IMG/VR virus record: IMGVR_UViG_3300047567_000025
Span: 64,001 to 128,000 of that record
Length of the DNA: 64,000 nt
From: a virus
Taxonomy: Duplodnaviria; Caudoviricetes
Direction: 5' to 3' (one strand)
Shown: piece by piece, positions 61,315 through 64,000 of the stretch
How positions within the stretch are numbered: the stretch's first letter is position 1
How the letters are laid out: each line of letters starts with the position of its first letter
Position numbers and translations under genes: made by a program
Notes under the pieces: generated by a model
The model's input: only the letters and a program-made list of their open reading frames with translations
Database searches by the model: none
What the model was told of the DNA's origin: nothing

Positions 61315-62028
61315 ATGATACAAAATGATTTATTCAATGAAAACTGTGCTACTGTTAGAAGTTGCATATCAGTTGCAGCAAATGCAATAAACTGCTTTTA
61401 TTTATGCTATAACATTTCGGGAAGTAATTCGGAACGATATGTTCTTAGAAGAATATCTGACAATATTGCTATGTATGAAATATATTCACGTATTTCTAAT
61501 AATGGTAGCATTCGTCTCGCAGTAAAAGAACATGGATGTGATAAGAATCGCATGGTTATCAAAATTAATAGTAAAAAAGAATTGAGTATTACAACGTATG
61601 ACGTGCCACTGTCAAACGATGATATCAAAATCATCGAATATATACAAAAATATCACAAATATCATATAAAAGGAGATTATAATATGATGAAAGATATAAA
61701 TTGCATTGATAGTGAAGCTGACCATACAGAAAAATTAATGATCATTCATCAGCCGATAATAATTCGAAACAATGTAGTTTTCATCGATGCACATTGTTCA
61801 TTATCTGAACTTATTTGTGCATTAAAAGACAACGTTGTAACGTTAGGCTTTGACGTTGGGCTTGACATAATTTCAATTGGTAATTCAGCAATTACTCAAA
61901 TATTTGTAATCGATGCTTCTAATATTAATGCTATTAAATTATACATTGGAGATGATCCTAATAGCATTGACGACGCTCGATGGGAACAGATCAAACGTAA
62001 TACGTTTGAAATAAATACAAATAAATGA
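61315..62028 (+). CDS. Hypothetical early protein; C-terminal domain paralogous to the middle of 56917..58038
   Basis: NVVFIDAHCSLSELI...IDDARWEQIKRNTFEINTNK versus NVITIDEQCTLNQLI...INDAKWEEIKRDKFKIKPNK. Confidence 0.65.
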   Translation: MIQNDLFNENCATVRSCISVAANAINCFYLCYNISGSNSERYVLRRISDNIAMYEIYSRISNNGSIRLAVKEHGCDKNRMVIKINSKKELSITTYDVPLSNDDIKIIEYIQKYHKYHIKGDYNMMKDINCIDSEADHTEKLMIIHQPIIIRNNVVFIDAHCSLSELICALKDNVVTLGFDVGLDIISIGNSAITQIFVIDASNINAIKLYIGDDPNSIDDARWEQIKRNTFEINTNK

Positions 62029-62065
62029 TATTTGCTGACAAAGAAAATCTTTAAATTAATTTATA

Positions 62066-62088
62066 TGAGTGGGCTAAAAGCCCACTCA
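62066..62088. terminator. Bidirectional hairpin terminator
   Basis: tgagtgggc-taaaa-gcccactca between convergent genes. Confidence 0.8.
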
Positions 62089-62098
62089 ATTTATTTTT

Positions 62099-62362
62099 TT
62101 ATATTGTGATAGTTGAGCTTTCCCATTTTTTGTAAGCATCGAAAAATATCTCACGTGTTATACTGTTATATGTAATTTCATAATACATTTGGTCTGGAAG
62201 ATTTGTGCTTAGAAGTGCTTTCGAGTGACCAAGCTCATAGCAATACCATACGACATAAACATTATCACTGTGAAAAACAATGTCATCCGATTTGTTCAAG
62301 TGCTCGTTAACATATTCAGTGACAAGTTCAATTGCTCGATTTAGAAATTCTTTTGATCCCAT
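62099..62362 (-). CDS. DUF6275-like phage protein
   Basis: VYVVWYC..L...KALLST..PD.MYYEITYN.....FDAYKKWE pattern. Confidence 0.75.
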   Translation of the reverse strand: MGSKEFLNRAIELVTEYVNEHLNKSDDIVFHSDNVYVVWYCYELGHSKALLSTNLPDQMYYEITYNSITREIFFDAYKKWESSTITI

Positions 62363-62368
62363 AATTCT

Positions 62369-62677
62369 TTACTTCTTTCTTAAAATTAATTTAGCCAATT
62401 TATGCTTTGCTTTCTTTATAAATAATTCGGATTCATATATCGATAATGGCTCGTATATTGGCATATCTATATTTGCATGAATGTCTGATTTATATGAATA
62501 TATCATATAATTATTATCTGAATATGTTTCATATACTAATTCAACACATTGGTCGTATTCAGTCACACCCTTATCAATAACAATATGTCGCAAATATCTA
62601 ACCAAATTATCATTTTCACTAACTCTTCTAAAACCAAGCTCTGCTATTTTATAGTCGATTGATTTGAATAATCTCAT
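62369..62677 (-). CDS. Hypothetical protein
   Basis: 102 aa; AGGGGG RBS. Confidence 0.6.
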   Translation of the reverse strand: MRLFKSIDYKIAELGFRRVSENDNLVRYLRHIVIDKGVTEYDQCVELVYETYSDNNYMIYSYKSDIHANIDMPIYEPLSIYESELFIKKAKHKLAKLILRKK

Positions 62678-62724
62678 GATTCAACCCCCTTCTGAATATA
62701 TGTTGACTGTTACTTTAAAAATTG

Positions 62725-62759
62725 ATAAATGATTAGGAATGATAATCCTAATCATTTAT
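62725..62759. terminator. Hairpin terminator / processing stem
   Basis: ataaatgattagga-atgataa-tcctaatcatttat, 14-bp stem. Confidence 0.55.
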
Positions 62760-62764
62760 TATAA

Positions 62765-63043
62765 TCATACGGTATGCTTTACTCTATCTGCAACTTCTCT
62801 TTGTTTAGCATTATTAAATCTGCGAACATCACCATTCAGATATCCAGTAATTCGCCTGATGCGATTAAATGGGATTAATACACTGAAATGTGTTTCTATA
62901 TCCACGAAATCACCATCGATCTTTATATCGATTGATTTAATATCGCGGTCATGATATTTTTCTTTCATGATATTGATATATGCATTTTGTTCGTCCATTG
63001 ACATTTCACCATTAATCACATTAACAATTATTTTATTTTCCAT
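62765..63043 (-). CDS. Stand-alone NrdD-like glycyl-radical domain protein
   Basis: RIRRITGYL...FNNAKQREVADRVKH equals the C-terminus of class III ribonucleotide reductase; only 92 aa. Confidence 0.8.
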   Translation of the reverse strand: MENKIIVNVINGEMSMDEQNAYINIMKEKYHDRDIKSIDIKIDGDFVDIETHFSVLIPFNRIRRITGYLNGDVRRFNNAKQREVADRVKHTV

Positions 63044-63066
63044 ATAAAAAATCCTTTTGGTTATTA

Positions 63067-63531
63067 TTATTTCTTTTTATGTCTGAAAGAGTAACGTGGC
63101 AATTCCTCGTTAAATAGTATGTATCTAACATAGTCGTCTAATAGTATAGCTAATCCACTTAAAAATATCCAGTAAAAAGAATCCTTCAAACATATTTGCC
63201 CGAGTAAATTGAAAGGTCTATCTGAATAATCCCACACATTCCATCCTAATATAATATTCACAATTATACCTGTTATGAATTCAAGTACTGTTATAATACC
63301 TGCTCCAAGTAGGCATTGATATTGAAACAACATGTCCCAACTAACCCGTTCATTAATTAATCCGACTATTACAAAACAAAAGCCACCTAATAAGTACATG
63401 CTCCAATGTGAATAGCCCCTTGCAAGTATTTCAATCATATAATATATGAATCCGCCAAGATTAAATAATAGCATAAATTCGAATAAATTATTAGTTACTT
63501 GTCGTTTCATTGGATATCTCTCCTTCATCAC
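63067..63531 (-). CDS. CmpB/DUF1113-like multi-pass membrane protein
   Basis: GG..YY.IEIL.RGYSHWSM..LGG, EFITG.IVN...GWNVWDYS..PFNL.GQICL. Confidence 0.85.
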   Translation of the reverse strand: MMKERYPMKRQVTNNLFEFMLLFNLGGFIYYMIEILARGYSHWSMYLLGGFCFVIVGLINERVSWDMLFQYQCLLGAGIITVLEFITGIIVNIILGWNVWDYSDRPFNLLGQICLKDSFYWIFLSGLAILLDDYVRYILFNEELPRYSFRHKKK

Positions 63532-64000
63532 ATATTCCAGTCATAACTGAGCTATCTTTTTTATAGATGTCATTGAGAATATTCATATCAAACTTTGGTA
63601 AAAATACTGTTGGATCAAAGCTATCATCAACAACACTTATGCTGAAATTAAAACCTGATGTGATTTGCTCAAATGCTGTTTTGAATTCTCCAGTAAGCGC
63701 ATCTCCGTAATTAATAACTGATATTGCAGCAGTGTCATTGATTGTTTTTATTTGAGCCTTAAGCATGTTGAAATACGTTGTGTGAAATGCTATAAAAGCA
63801 GATGCCGTCTCTGTTATGTTTATAATTTCATCAGCGCTATATTGACGACACATCTGACCATCTGCATGATAAAAAATTGGAGTTGTTGGTGATAACTTTG
63901 CTACAGTTTCTAACTTCATTAAATTAATTTGGTCATTTGGTTTCAATGAATAATTTTCACCATTGAAAGATATACCATTTTCAATTAGTTTGTTACATAT
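63491..64000 (-). CDS. DUF4376-like tail-associated protein (5'-truncated by the window edge)
   Basis: DQINL...YHADGQMCRQYSADEI...HTTYFNMLK..I...INYG..L; the frame stays open to position 64000. Confidence 0.65.
   Translation of the reverse strand: MCNKLIENGISFNGENYSLKPNDQINLMKLETVAKLSPTTPIFYHADGQMCRQYSADEIINITETASAFIAFHTTYFNMLKAQIKTINDTAAISVINYGDALTGEFKTAFEQITSGFNFSISVVDDSFDPTVFLPKFDMNILNDIYKKDSSVMTGICDEGEISNETTSN

Noticed and set aside
130-62954. Many antisense or overlapping ORFs in the six-frame track (e.g. 5215..5853, 11954..12508, 15209..15700, 30211..30696, 46645..47139)
   Set aside because: They are shadows of longer genes on the other strand or frame, lack an RBS and have no recognisable motifs
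1-64000. tRNA, rRNA, integrase or transposase genes
   Set aside because: No cloverleaf or T-loop signature, rRNA-like segment or recombinase/transposase motif was recognised by eye; a tRNA scan was not run

Overview
A 64-kb, very AT-rich segment of a jumbo myophage of the phiKZ/AR9-like type, read with standard genetic code 11. The host is probably an anaerobic Firmicute (Amidase_2 endolysin with cell-wall-binding domains, Firmicute-type holin, strong Shine-Dalgarno sites, NrdD-like glycyl-radical fragment). Virion genes: tail/baseplate proteins; a ~2,500-aa tail-associated protein with C39-like peptidase, M23 peptidase and tail-lysozyme domains; major capsid protein; T4 gp21-type prohead protease; many inner-head proteins. 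Transcription and DNA genes: stand-alone RNA polymerase beta and beta' fragments, a split family-B DNA polymerase, GyrA, an SF2 helicase, RusA, ThyX, a DHH phosphoesterase and a dATP/dGTP diphosphohydrolase. Main observations: (1) The helicase is interrupted inside Walker A by GGT-TA-GGT within a C(UUUG)G hairpin, a candidate 5-nt programmed ribosomal hop. (2) A six-copy ~140-bp hairpin-containing array sits at the main strand divergence beside a Zn-finger nuclease (candidate origin). (3) A hydrophobic-Q-E motif recurs across head proteins, and four paralogs share a ~60-aa leader ending in FSIFQE (candidate protease and capsid-targeting code). (4) GSG motifs bracket the enzyme domains of the giant tail protein (candidate self-cleaving polyprotein), whose lysozyme domain carries four clustered +1 frameshifts. 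(5) There are two candidate structured RNAs and a small ORF flanked by 16-bp inverted repeats. All calls come from reading motifs by eye; no database search or folding program was run.
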